A stretch of DNA of 64,000 nt from Dehalococcoidia bacterium (GCA_035310145.1 DATGEL010000129.1:8385-72384); one strand, 5' to 3'. Shown: positions 37,469 through 46,699, counted from the first letter of the stretch. The notes: generated from the sequence alone by a model not told the origin. Program-made: numbers and translations.

Positions 37469-38380
37469 TTACGAACGTTCACGCCCGGCGGCGTCCGGCG
37501 GCGGACGCTGCCGCGTCGACTCCGCCGCCGAGACCGTGCGCACGGTCCGCGCTGGCAGGCCCGCACGGCGCAGGCGCGCCGCCGCCGCGCCGGCGCTCCG
37601 CCGATCGGGCAGCAGCGCGAACAGCGACGGGCCGGCGCCGCACAGCATCGCGTTGCCGCACACCTCGCGCAGGGGCCGGCGGAAGCTGTCGAGACCGGGA
37701 AACGCAGCCGCGGCCAGGCAGTCGAAGCTATTGCTCAGCCACTCCACTCGCGGGCTCTCGCCGCGCCTGAGCGCCGCGACCAGCCGGCCCGTCGCGGCGC
37801 CGTCGGTAAAGTCCGCAGCGTGGAGCATGCCGAAGAGCCGCGCCGTCTTGCCGCCCGCGGCCAGCGGCGGCGTCAGCAGCACCAGCCAGCGCGGTTCCGC
37901 GTCCGGCAGCGGCCGCAGAACTTCGCCGCGCCCGGAGGCGAGTTGTGTGCCGCCGCCGACGAAGAACGGCACGTCGGAGCCGAGCGAGGCCGCGATCGTT
38001 TCCAGGCGCCGAACGCCGAGCGGCCGGCCGGACAACGCGTCGGCGGCGCGCAACACGGCGGCCGCATCGCTGCTGCCGCCGCCCAGCCCGGCCGCGGGCG
38101 GAATGCGCTTCCGTAGACGAAGCCTTCCGGCAAGCGGCACTGGATACGCACGCAGCGCCCGCGCCGCAAGGTTGGCCGCGGGCGGACCGAGGTCCCAGCC
38201 GGCGGGGCAATCAATCGTGAGATCGGCGCCGCCGTCTCCAGACCACGAGAGATCGTCGTGCAGGGCGATCGTTTGCAGGACGGTGCGCAGCTCGTGATAC
38301 CCGTCCGGCCGCCGGCCGAGCACCTCCAGCGTCCAGTTGATCTTGGCGAAGGCGCGCAGCGCGAGCGCGGCAGCGGTCAC
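37469..38380 (-). CDS. ispE: 4-diphosphocytidyl-2-C-methyl-D-erythritol kinase
   Basis: AFAKINWTLEVLGRRPDGYHEL and the GHMP motif PPAAGLGGGSSDAAA. The GTG overlaps the rsmA stop. Confidence 0.88.
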   Translation of the reverse strand: MTAAALALRAFAKINWTLEVLGRRPDGYHELRTVLQTIALHDDLSWSGDGGADLTIDCPAGWDLGPPAANLAARALRAYPVPLAGRLRLRKRIPPAAGLGGGSSDAAAVLRAADALSGRPLGVRRLETIAASLGSDVPFFVGGGTQLASGRGEVLRPLPDAEPRWLVLLTPPLAAGGKTARLFGMLHAADFTDGAATGRLVAALRRGESPRVEWLSNSFDCLAAAAFPGLDSFRRPLREVCGNAMLCGAGPSLFALLPDRRSAGAAAARLRRAGLPARTVRTVSAAESTRQRPPPDAAGRERS

Positions 38381-39324
38381 CGATCGTCCCCGTCTGCGGA
38401 CTGGTCGGCGTGAACAGGCGCGTCCTGCCCGGCGCGAGTGGCGAATGCAGGTTGCATGGCGGCGTAGCGTCGGTACAGTGCCAGCCACTCGGCGATGCTG
38501 AGCGTGCCGGGCCGGCGGGCGGGGTCGATGCCGGCGGCGCGCAACAGTTCCGGCGCCGCGCCCGCCGGAAGCCAGAGGCCGCCCGCCAGGCTGTTGTGCA
38601 GTTGCTTACGCGGCTGGCGGTAACCGGCATGCACAACCTTGAAGAAGCCGCTCAGCTCTCCTTCCGGCACGACCGGCTCCGCGAAGCAATCGAGCCGGAC
38701 GACGGCCGAATCGACGCGCGGCGGCGGCCGAAACGCCTGCGGCGGCACGCGAAAGAGCAGCCGCGGTGCGGCAAACACCTGAACCGAGACGGCAAGCAGG
38801 CTCAGTCCATGCTTGCCGCAGATCGTTTCGGCAACTTCACGCTGCACCATTACCACCAGCCGCCGGGGCCGCGGCCCGCGTTCCAGAAAGTGGCGCATCA
38901 CCGGCGCCGTGATGTAGTACGGGAGGTTGGCGACGACGACGTAGGGCGGACGCCGCCCGCCCGCGGACAGCAATTCGTCGGCCCCGTGGTCGAGGACGCT
39001 GCCACCGAGAACCGTGAGGCGGGATTCACCGGCGTGGCGGCCGCGCAACTGCTCCGCGAGGCGATCGTCCAGCTCGACGGCGGTCACGTGGGCGCTGCGC
39101 TCCAACAACAGATCGGTAAGCACGCCGCGGCCCGGCCCGACCTCCAGCACGTCCTCGTCTGTTGCCAGCTCGGCGGCAGCAACGATGTCGTGGGCGATCA
39201 TCGGATCGATGAGGAAGTGCTGGCCGATGCGGGGCCGGCGAGGACGGGCAGCAGGCCGGCGCGCGGGGGCTGAGCCTGACGCCCGCCGCGCCGGCGGGTG
39301 GGTGTGTCGAGGCACGGCGTTCAC
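38377..39324 (-). CDS. rsmA: 16S rRNA (adenine1518/1519-N6)-dimethyltransferase
   Basis: Motifs GQHFLIDP, VLEVGPGRGVLT and VANLPYYIT. The start is provisionally GTG 39324. The longer track ORF would run through the SRP RNA. Confidence 0.88.
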   Translation of the reverse strand: MNAVPRHTHPPARRASGSAPARRPAARPRRPRIGQHFLIDPMIAHDIVAAAELATDEDVLEVGPGRGVLTDLLLERSAHVTAVELDDRLAEQLRGRHAGESRLTVLGGSVLDHGADELLSAGGRRPPYVVVANLPYYITAPVMRHFLERGPRPRRLVVMVQREVAETICGKHGLSLLAVSVQVFAAPRLLFRVPPQAFRPPPRVDSAVVRLDCFAEPVVPEGELSGFFKVVHAGYRQPRKQLHNSLAGGLWLPAGAAPELLRAAGIDPARRPGTLSIAEWLALYRRYAAMQPAFATRAGQDAPVHADQSADGDDR

Positions 39325-39337
39325 CGCGATCGCGGCA

Positions 39338-39375
39338 CGAAAAGCAACGAGGCGGACGGCGCCTGCCGCCCGCCC
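39338..39375 (-). terminator. Probable intrinsic terminator downstream of the SRP RNA
   Basis: Minus strand: GGCGGGCGG, loop CAGGCG, CCGTCCGCC (one G-U pair), followed by TCGTTGCTTTTCG. Confidence 0.4.
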
Positions 39376-39662
39376 CTTCGTGCACTGCTCGATCGTGCAC
39401 CCGCCGTCGATCTCGCCTCTAGAGCTTGCGCGTACCAACCTGCTCGGGCCACGCACTCCGGCGGCACCCGGGAGGGCCTGCTTACGGCTGCTGCCTTCCG
39501 ACCCTGACCGGATTCGCAGTCTCCCGCCGCGCCGGACGCGGCCGGTCAACACAGGCGGTACGAACAGTCCTCCGAGACCGCAGACCTCAGGCAGGGGATT
39601 CCGCCCCGCGTTGAGGAGGGTTTCGGGTACAGGGCACCACCAGCGCCCCGCCTAGCACGATC
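39376..39662 (-). ncRNA. ffs: Signal recognition particle RNA (long form with Alu-like 5' domain); ends approximate
   Basis: The minus strand contains CCGGTCAGGGTCGGAAGGCAGCAGCCGTAAGCAGG, which matches the universally conserved domain IV (GGTCAGGTCCGGAAGGAAGCAGCC). The flanking CGTACC/GGTACG helix-5 pairing is present. A TATACT -10-like box lies just upstream. Confidence 0.75.
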
Positions 39663-39704
39663 GGATTGAGTATACCAGTGGTTGTAAACAGCGACCACCG
39701 TGCC

Positions 39705-41162
39705 CTAGCAGGAGCCGGCTGCCGGCTCGCGCAGCTCGACCACGATCGCATCATCCAGCACGGTGACGCGCTGCACGGCGGTCCGCAGCGCGTCGCGGCG
39801 CTGCTCAAACGGCAGGCCGGCGCCGTCTTGCAGGGTCGTCAGCAGCTCTCTGCGGGCGCGGCGCTGGTCGTCCAGGGTCCGGGCGACGCGGCGTGTGCTT
39901 TCGAGCTGCCCGATCGCCTCGTCGGCCGCCATCTGCTCTTGCATTACCTCGACGCTCAGCTCGCGCAGCCGTTCGCGCGAAAGCTGGTGGCCGGCGGCGG
40001 CCTGCATGTAGCCCTCCAACTGGCGGTCGAGCTGGTGCAGGTGCAGGCGCAGACGCTCGACCTCCTCCTCGACCGTGGGCGCCGCTACCGCCGGCGGCGG
40101 CTCGCGCAGGCGCGCTGCCAGCGCCGCCGCGGCCTGCGCCGCCACCTCAGCTTCAAGCGCGTCGGCCCGGCGCGTGTGGTAGTCGCAGGTGTTCTGGTTG
40201 GTGCGGGAGAGGCACTGGTAGTAGCGGTATTCCGCCGCGCCTTCGCCGCCGCCCTCGCGCCGAGTCCAGGTCTGGTGGCGGCTGACGCCGATCATCTTGT
40301 TGCCGCAGTAGCCGCAGAACGCCAGGCCGGAGAGGAGGAACTGCCGCACGTTGCGCTGTCCGCCGCTGGTGCGGCGGCTTGCCATGCGATCCTGCACACG
40401 GCGGAAGTCGTCGGGCGAGATCAGCGCCGGGTGACTACCGGGCACACGCACGCCGAAGCGCGTGTAGGTGCCGAGATAGGCGCGGTTGAGCAGGATGTCC
40501 CGAATCGTGATCATGCTCCAGTTACCGCCGCGCCGGGTGCGGTATCCCTCCTCGTTCAGCCGACCGGCGATCAGGCGAATCCCGAGCCCTTCGCGTGTAT
40601 ACAGACGAAAGATGTAGCGCACGATCGCCGCTTCGTCGGGCACGGGTTCCAGCCGGTGCTTCAGTCCGACGCGGTAGCCGAAGGGCGGCCGTCCCAGCAC
40701 CTCGCCGCGCATCGCCTTCTTGCGCATCGCCTCTTTCACCCGGTCGCCCACGGGTACGGCCGGCTCACGCCGGCCGAGGTGCTCGATCAGCCTGGCGCCG
40801 GGGTCGACTTCCCCGTCGAGGGCGACGACGTGCGAGCCTAATCCTTCGATCTGGAAGAAGAAGCGTGCAGCCTGCATGGCGTCCGCGCCGAGCCGATCGA
40901 CCGTGTCCACCACTACCACGCAGCTCGACGTGCGGTTGTGCTTGAGATATTCCAGCAGTTGCTGGAACTGCGGCCGCTCGGCGCCATCGGCGGCGTTGTC
41001 GATGAAGGTCGAGGCGACCTGGTACCCTTCGCGCCTGCAAAATTCGAGAAAGGCGCGATTCTGTTCCGCGACTGAATCCGGCGGCGCCTCTTCACCGCTC
41101 GCCTTCGCCCGTGGCAGCGCGGCTTCGAGGAAGTAGCCCAGCGCCTTCTGTGCCTGAACCAC
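39705..41162 (-). CDS. Large serine recombinase family protein (resolvase domain + recombinase domain + zinc ribbon + coiled coil), catalytic motif non-canonical
   Basis: Recombinase-domain motifs GRPPFGYRV, RLNEEGYRTRRGGNWSMITIRDILLNRAYLG and FCGYCGNKM. The N-terminal resolvase domain is recognisable (VVVVDTVDRLGA), but the YxRxS motif reads YFLEA. Confidence 0.85.
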   Translation of the reverse strand: MVQAQKALGYFLEAALPRAKASGEEAPPDSVAEQNRAFLEFCRREGYQVASTFIDNAADGAERPQFQQLLEYLKHNRTSSCVVVVDTVDRLGADAMQAARFFFQIEGLGSHVVALDGEVDPGARLIEHLGRREPAVPVGDRVKEAMRKKAMRGEVLGRPPFGYRVGLKHRLEPVPDEAAIVRYIFRLYTREGLGIRLIAGRLNEEGYRTRRGGNWSMITIRDILLNRAYLGTYTRFGVRVPGSHPALISPDDFRRVQDRMASRRTSGGQRNVRQFLLSGLAFCGYCGNKMIGVSRHQTWTRREGGGEGAAEYRYYQCLSRTNQNTCDYHTRRADALEAEVAAQAAAALAARLREPPPAVAAPTVEEEVERLRLHLHQLDRQLEGYMQAAAGHQLSRERLRELSVEVMQEQMAADEAIGQLESTRRVARTLDDQRRARRELLTTLQDGAGLPFEQRRDALRTAVQRVTVLDDAIVVELREPAAGSC

Positions 41163-41224
41163 CGCGGCTCTCTCTCAACAGAAGGGCCGGGCCGGCTCAA
41201 CCCGGCCCGCCCTCTGCTTCGGCT

Positions 41225-41926
41225 CTAACCCACGTATAGGATGCGCTCGCAGTTGCTGCACGAGACCAGCGCCATGCCGCTACGCGCCCGCTGGAACAGG
41301 GTACTGGGCAGCGCGATGCGGCAGCCGAGGCAGGTGCCGCCCTGCACCCGCGCCACCGCTCGGCCCTGGCGCGAGCGCCGCAACTGGTCGTAGCGCCGCA
41401 GCGCCTCGCCGTCGATCGGCCGGCGGGCCTGCTCGCTGCGCTCGTGCAGCGCGGCGATCTCCTGGGTCAGCCGGTCCGCCTGCTCAGCCAGCTCGCCCTG
41501 CTCCGCCAACCAGGCGGTCTCGCCGTCGACGACCTCCCGGCGCAGCGTATCCAGCTCGCCCTGCAACTCATCGCTGCGACCCATCGCCAGCAGCAAGCGC
41601 TCCTCCCGGCCCTGCAACTGGCGGCGGAACTGATCGACCTCGCCCTGCAGATCCTGCAACTCTTTGGCGCTGGTGATGCGACCGCTGTACAGCTTTTCCT
41701 CGACCGGTGCGATCTTCGCCCGCAGGTCTTCGACCTCGGTTTCTGCCTCGCGCTGCTCATGCGCCGCGCTCAGCAGCAGCGGCTCGAGCTCCGCAATCCG
41801 CTCGCGCCGCTGCGCCTGGCCTTCGTCCTCACCCTGGCGGGCACGAACATCGCTCAGTGCTCGCTCGCAGGAATCGATCTGCGAGTCGATCTCCTGCAAC
41901 GCATACAGATTGGACACGCGGGTCAT
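41225..41926 (-). CDS. Coiled-coil protein with C-terminal C4 zinc ribbon (COG1579/DUF164-like)
   Basis: The start MTRVSNLYALQEIDSQIDSCERAL, a long heptad-rich region, then CLGC...CSNC at the C-terminus. ATG 41926 has a GAGGAA RBS. Confidence 0.75.
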   Translation of the reverse strand: MTRVSNLYALQEIDSQIDSCERALSDVRARQGEDEGQAQRRERIAELEPLLLSAAHEQREAETEVEDLRAKIAPVEEKLYSGRITSAKELQDLQGEVDQFRRQLQGREERLLLAMGRSDELQGELDTLRREVVDGETAWLAEQGELAEQADRLTQEIAALHERSEQARRPIDGEALRRYDQLRRSRQGRAVARVQGGTCLGCRIALPSTLFQRARSGMALVSCSNCERILYVG

Positions 41927-42002
41927 CAAATTCCTCGGGAGGATCCGCGGATTGAGGCGAGGCCGAGAGCGCGACGGCCGGCGCACGGGCCGTCCGAGCG
42001 GG

Positions 42003-42031
42003 ATTATAGGGTTGCGGCGGCGCGGCGGCAA
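42003..42031 (-). promoter_or_regulatory. Putative promoter for the COG1579-like gene
   Basis: Minus strand: TTGCCG, 17 nt, TATAAT. Confidence 0.35.
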
Positions 42032-42244
42032 GGCGTTTGCCCAGGTTTTTCGCCGCTTTGGAATGGCTTAACCGTACCGATACAGTCCAGCACGGTGCAA
42101 GGCATCGACACCGGTTGGCCGCCGGCACCGACAGACCAGGCCGGCATCGAGCACCGCGGACGGGCTCCAGATCCTGCCGCCGCCACGACGGCGCGAACGC
42201 CTCGACGGGTCGCGTCCGCCGCCGCGATCGCGGCGTTCGCGCGT

Positions 42245-42274
42245 TTGACACTGCCGAGAGGCCCTACCTATAGT
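42245..42274 (+). promoter_or_regulatory. Putative promoter for the yceD-rpmF-fab operon
   Basis: TTGACA (42245-42250), 18-nt spacer, TATAGT (42269-42274). Confidence 0.4.
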
Positions 42275-42334
42275 TAGGAAAGTGGGCGGTACACCGTGCT
42301 GGCCGGCGCCGTCCTGAAGTGATCGAATACGAGC

Positions 42335-42889
42335 GTGCAAGTCAACGTCTCTCAACTCTTGCGCGAGCCAATCGGCTCGCGCAGAGTCTATCCGGTAGAG
42401 GATTCGTTCAGACCGGATGCGGGTCAGCGGGCACGCGCCGCCGTGCGCGGAACGATTGAGCTTCTGCGCACCGACCGTGGGATTCTCGCGCGGGGGCGGC
42501 TGGCGTCGCTCGGCACGTCCGAATGCTGCCGCTGCCTGCGCTCGGTCGAGTACCCGGTCGCGCTGGACGTTGAAGAGGAGTTTTTGCCCACCATCGATCT
42601 CGTGAGCGGCGCCGCGCTGCCGCCCGCCGAGGAGCCCGGCAGCTTCTCGATCGACGAGCATCACATCCTCGATCTGACCGACGCCGTCCGGCAGGCGTGG
42701 CAACTGGAGCAACCGATGGCCATGCTTTGCCGCGAAGATTGCCCCGGACTCTGCCCGCAGTGCGGCGCCGAGCGGGCCCGGGGACGCTGCGAATGTGAGA
42801 GTACGCCCGGCGACCAGCGTTGGGCCGCGCTCGCCGCGCTGCGAGGGCGGCGCAGCGAAGTCGCCGGCAACCGAGCGGAGGAAGAGTAG
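42335..42889 (+). CDS. yceD: YceD/DUF177 family protein
   Basis: The C-terminal CREDCPGLCPQCGAERARGRCEC motif, and the conserved position upstream of rpmF. Confidence 0.8.
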   Translation: MQVNVSQLLREPIGSRRVYPVEDSFRPDAGQRARAAVRGTIELLRTDRGILARGRLASLGTSECCRCLRSVEYPVALDVEEEFLPTIDLVSGAALPPAEEPGSFSIDEHHILDLTDAVRQAWQLEQPMAMLCREDCPGLCPQCGAERARGRCECESTPGDQRWAALAALRGRRSEVAGNRAEEE

Positions 42890-42892
42890 ACC

Positions 42893-43090
42893 GTGCCGCC
42901 ACTGCCAAAACGCAAATACCCCAAGGCGCGCCAGGGCAAACGGCGCAGCCACCTGCACCTCAATCCCACGCAGACGACGGTCTGTCCGCAGTGCGGCACG
43001 CCGCGCCTCGCTCACCACGCCTGCGGCACCTGCGGCTACTACAAGGGCCGCGAGGCGGTTGAGATCGCCAAGCCGAGCCTGAATGAGTGA
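42893..43090 (+). CDS. rpmF: 50S ribosomal protein L32
   Basis: PLPKRKYPKARQGKRRSH plus CPQCG...CGTCGYYKGR. Confidence 0.92.
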   Translation: MPPLPKRKYPKARQGKRRSHLHLNPTQTTVCPQCGTPRLAHHACGTCGYYKGREAVEIAKPSLNE

Positions 43091-43163
43091 CCTCGCCGGC
43101 CGACCCGACTCTCGCTGACGCCGGCGGACGGCCCGCAGGCCGTCGCGGCACTTCGGAGGTTGT

Positions 43164-44144
43164 GTGATGGCGATGCTCACCGCGTCCGCATCCGTTGCGG
43201 CTGATGCCGAGCCGCATCCCGAACTCGCCTGGGTCTTTCCCGGCCAGGGCTCGCAGACGGTGGGGATGGGCCGCGATCTGTACGAGCGTTATCCCGCCGC
43301 GCGCCAGATCTTCGACGCTGCCGACGACGCCCTCGGCTTCCGCCTGAGCACGCTGTGCTTCGAAGGCCCGGAGGAGCAGCTGCGGCAGACGATCAACACC
43401 CAGCCCGCGATCGTGACGACCAGCATCGCCTGCTTCGCCGCGGCGTACGGGCGGCTCGACGTGGTCGACGGCGCGCCGGCCTTCGTCGCCGGCCACAGCC
43501 TGGGCGAGTATTCGGCGCTGATCGCGGCGGGCGTCCTGCCGTTCTCGGACGGCGTGCGCCTTGTTCGCGAGCGCGGCCGGCTGATGCAGGAGGCGGGCGA
43601 GCGCAACCCCGGCACGCTGGCCGCGATCATGGGGGCCGATGAGTCGGCTGTCGAGGAGGTCTGCCAGGAGACGGGCGCGGAGATCTGCAACGTCAACGGC
43701 GCCGGCCAGATCGTGATCGGCGGCCCACGCGATGCCGTCACCCGCGCCATGGACCTGGCCCGTGCCCGCGGCGCGGCGAAGGTCACCGCGCTCTCGGTCA
43801 GCGCCGCCTTTCACTCGTCGCTGATGCAGCCGGCGGTGGAGGGGATGCGCCGCGTGCTGCTGGAGTCGGATCTGCAGGATCCGCGCATTCCCGTGGTCGG
43901 CAACTGCGACGCGCAGCCGCTCACCTCCGCCCGGGCAATAAAGGACGAGCTGGCCCGCCAGGTGGCGTCGGCGGTGCAGTGGCAACGCTCGGTCGAGTTC
44001 ATGCTGCGCTCCGGCGTCTCCACCTTCGTCGAGATTGGCCCCGGCCGCGTGCTCAGCGGCCTGATCAAGCGCATCGCCCGCACGGCGCAAGTTCGCAGCG
44101 TCGGCGATGCCGGCGCCATCGCCGAGGCCGGCGACTCCGCATGA
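43164..44144 (+). CDS. fabD: Malonyl CoA-ACP transacylase
   Basis: Motifs FPGQGSQTVGMG, the GHSLGEYSAL active site, and AFHSSLM. Confidence 0.92.
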   Translation: MMAMLTASASVAADAEPHPELAWVFPGQGSQTVGMGRDLYERYPAARQIFDAADDALGFRLSTLCFEGPEEQLRQTINTQPAIVTTSIACFAAAYGRLDVVDGAPAFVAGHSLGEYSALIAAGVLPFSDGVRLVRERGRLMQEAGERNPGTLAAIMGADESAVEEVCQETGAEICNVNGAGQIVIGGPRDAVTRAMDLARARGAAKVTALSVSAAFHSSLMQPAVEGMRRVLLESDLQDPRIPVVGNCDAQPLTSARAIKDELARQVASAVQWQRSVEFMLRSGVSTFVEIGPGRVLSGLIKRIARTAQVRSVGDAGAIAEAGDSA

Positions 44145-44929
44145 CCGATCGGCCCGAGCCTGCGAGCCCCGTCTTCGCGGCCGACGCGCTGCGCGGCCGG
44201 GTAGCGCTGGTGACGGGCGCCAGCCGCGGTATCGGCAGCGCCATCGCGCGGGCGCTCGGTGCGGCCGGCTGCGGCGTCGTGGTGAACTACCGCGGCAGCA
44301 GGGAGGCAGCGGCAGCCGTGGCCGCGGCGGTCGAAGCTGCAGGCGGCAGGGCGCTGGCGGTTGCCGGCGACGTCGCGGACCCGAGCGCGGTAGAGGCCCT
44401 GTTTGACGCCGCGCAGGCCGGCCTCGGCCCGATCGACATCCTGGTCAACAATGCCGGCATCGCCCAGGATGGGCTGTTGCTGCGCATGAGCGTCGACGAC
44501 TGGGACCGGGTGCTGGACGTGAACCTGCGCGGCGCCTTCTTATGCACGAAGTCCGCGCTGCGCGGCATGATCCGCCGGCGCTGGGGCCGCATCGTCAATG
44601 TCTCCAGCGTGGTCGGACTGATGGGCAACGCGGGCCAGGCGAACTATGCCGCGGCGAAGGCGGGCCTGCTGGGTCTCACCCGCGCGACGGCCCGCGAAGT
44701 CGCCTCGCGCGGTATCACCGTTAACGCGATCGCCCCCGGCTTCGTCGAGACGGACATGACCGCAACGCTGACGGAAGCCCAGCGCGAGGCGGTGCTGCGC
44801 GAGGTGCCGCTGGCGCGCTTCGCCCAGCCGCAGGAGATCGCGCCCGCCGTCGTCTTCCTCGCCACGGAGGGCGCCGCCTACATCACGGGCCAGGTGCTGA
44901 GCGTAGACGGCGGGATGGTGATGTCGTGA
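44141..44929 (+). CDS. fabG: 3-oxoacyl-ACP reductase
   Basis: SDR motifs VTGASRGIGSAIA, NNAG, YAAAKAG and the tail ITGQVLSVDGGMVM. The ATG overlaps the fabD stop. Confidence 0.92.
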   Translation: MTDRPEPASPVFAADALRGRVALVTGASRGIGSAIARALGAAGCGVVVNYRGSREAAAAVAAAVEAAGGRALAVAGDVADPSAVEALFDAAQAGLGPIDILVNNAGIAQDGLLLRMSVDDWDRVLDVNLRGAFLCTKSALRGMIRRRWGRIVNVSSVVGLMGNAGQANYAAAKAGLLGLTRATAREVASRGITVNAIAPGFVETDMTATLTEAQREAVLREVPLARFAQPQEIAPAVVFLATEGAAYITGQVLSVDGGMVMS

Positions 44930-45414
44930 TCGGAGACGCCGACGATTCGACTCCGGAGCCGCCCGCGGACGACGCGACGCCGACTCGCCGGCCACTGCAT
45001 GGGCGGGCCGGACGGCGTCGCCTGGGCCGTACGCTCGCGCTGCAAGCGCTGTATGAGGCGGACACGTCCGGGCACGATCCCGCCGTCGTGGTGCTACGGC
45101 TCTGCGAAGACGGAGGCATCACCGGCGAGCCGTCCGAGTTCGCGGCACGGCTGATCGCCGGCATCAAGACCAAGCGCACGGAGCTCGACGCGCTCATCGC
45201 CAACGCGGCGCCGCAGTGGCCGGTGGGCCAGTTGGCGGTGATCGACCGCAACCTGCTGCGGGTGGCGATCTACGAGCTGCTGTTTGAGGTCGATACCCCG
45301 GTCAGCGTGACCGTGAATGAAGCGGTGGAGCTGGCCAAGACGTACGGGGCGGAGGCTTCGCCTCGCTTCGTCAACGGCGTGTTGGGCGCTGTCAACGCCA
45401 CGCGCGCGGAGTAG
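44926..45414 (+). CDS. nusB: Transcription antitermination factor NusB
   Basis: Motifs [37 protein letters not shown] and FVNGVLGAV. The GTG overlaps the fabG stop. Confidence 0.85.
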   Translation: MIGDADDSTPEPPADDATPTRRPLHGRAGRRRLGRTLALQALYEADTSGHDPAVVVLRLCEDGGITGEPSEFAARLIAGIKTKRTELDALIANAAPQWPVGQLAVIDRNLLRVAIYELLFEVDTPVSVTVNEAVELAKTYGAEASPRFVNGVLGAVNATRAE

Positions 45415-45665
45415 GAGCTGCCCGTGGCGCCGTGCGCCGGTTCAGGTCCGCAGGTTCGCACCGCTTCCCCGTTGCCCTGCGACCCTGTAGCCTTGCGGTG
45501 GCGTTGCGGGCAGGAGGGCGTTCACCGCCCCGGCGCGTCTCTGCGGGCGCATCTGCTACACTGCCTGTCAATGTCGATTTGTGGCGCCCTGTCGCTCACC
45601 GGCGGCCGCGGCCGGCCGGGGCGGACACGAGCAGATCGCCAGACAGATGCAAGTGGGGTGAGCCG

Positions 45666-45926
45666 GTGGCCACTGTCTTCGAGCGGGTTCGCAAGATCAT
45701 CGTCGATCAGCTCGGCGTTGAAGAGGGGGATGTCGTTCCCACCGCGTCGTTCGTCGATGACCTGAACGCCGACTCCCTCGACCTGGTCGAGCTGATCATG
45801 TCGATGGAGGAAGAGTTCTCCTCGGGCGACAACACCCTCGAAATCTCGGACGAGGACGCGGAGAAGATCGTCACCGTGCAGGATGCGGTGGACTACATTA
45901 AGGACCACGGCGTCGAAGACGAGTAG
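45666..45926 (+). CDS. acpP: Acyl carrier protein
   Basis: The phosphopantetheine site is [23 protein letters not shown] start. Confidence 0.92.
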   Translation: MATVFERVRKIIVDQLGVEEGDVVPTASFVDDLNADSLDLVELIMSMEEEFSSGDNTLEISDEDAEKIVTVQDAVDYIKDHGVEDE

Positions 45927-46077
45927 CGCCGCGGGCCGCGTCGGAGAGCGGGCAGTTCGGTGCTCCGTGTGCCACCGTAGCGCGGCGCATCGCCCAACCC
46001 CGCGAGTGATCCCGTTGGCGCCGTCACGCGTAGCTCTCGGTGTGGAGCGAGTGATGCAGCGCCTGCGCCATCACCGC

Positions 46078-46086
46078 TGCTAGAAT
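46078..46086 (+). promoter_or_regulatory. Extended -10 element upstream of tatA
   Basis: TGcTAGAAT sits 20 nt upstream of the GAGGAG RBS. Confidence 0.3.
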
Positions 46087-46106
46087 GTCCGAGAGGAGCC
46101 ACTGTC

Positions 46107-46652
46107 ATGGATCCGCTCGGCATCGGCATCGGTGGCACGCAGATCATCGTCGTGCTCATCGTTGCCTTCTTCGTGCTCGGCCCCGAGCGCCTACCCGAGG
46201 TGGCGCGTACGATCGCCAAGGGCGTGCGCACGCTGCGCAGTTACGCCGCCGACGTGCAGGGACAGTTCGAAGGCGAGATCGGCGATCTCCGCGACCAGTT
46301 CAGCGACATTCAGCGCGACTTCAGCGCCACACAGGAGAGCCTGCGCGGCGGACTCTCCGACCTGGACTCGTCGTTGCGCACGGTGCACAGCGACGTGAAC
46401 GCCGCCGTTTCCAGCTCGATCGTCTCGTTCGAGGCCGCGCGCGAGGCGCGGCAGGGCGGCGCCGAGTCGCCGGTCGCGCCGGGAGACCTCGCCACAGAAC
46501 CGGAGTCGCCGGCCGCGCCCGCGACCTTCGACTACGCGCCGCAGCGGCCGGCGGCAGCCGCTCCGCATGTCACCCCGGCCGAGCCCGCGGGCCTGGCCGC
46601 GGCCGGGGCCGGTGACGGCCCTCGCCCGCCCGAATACCGCCCGCCGGTCTGA
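46107..46652 (+). CDS. tatA: Twin-arginine translocase TatA/TatB family protein (long, TatB-like)
   Basis: GGTQIIVVLIVAFFVLGPERLPEVARTIAKGVRTLR, that is TM + hinge + amphipathic helix. Confidence 0.8.
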   Translation: MDPLGIGIGGTQIIVVLIVAFFVLGPERLPEVARTIAKGVRTLRSYAADVQGQFEGEIGDLRDQFSDIQRDFSATQESLRGGLSDLDSSLRTVHSDVNAAVSSSIVSFEAAREARQGGAESPVAPGDLATEPESPAAPATFDYAPQRPAAAAPHVTPAEPAGLAAAGAGDGPRPPEYRPPV

Positions 46653-46699
46653 GCGGCGCGGTTACACTGGGTGCGCTGGAAGGCGCCAAACACTGAACG

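Noticed and set aside
39325-39552. N-terminal 76-codon extension of the rsmA ORF in the track (391 aa).
   Set aside because: It runs through the SRP RNA and its terminator, and the sequence is Arg/Gly-rich. RsmA homology begins near PRIGQHFLIDP, so a shorter start was used.
45415-45665. 250-nt spacer between nusB and acpP, examined for a riboswitch or small ORF.
   Set aside because: It has only a weak TACACT -10-like box and GC-rich hairpins without a recognisable motif. There is not enough to call anything.
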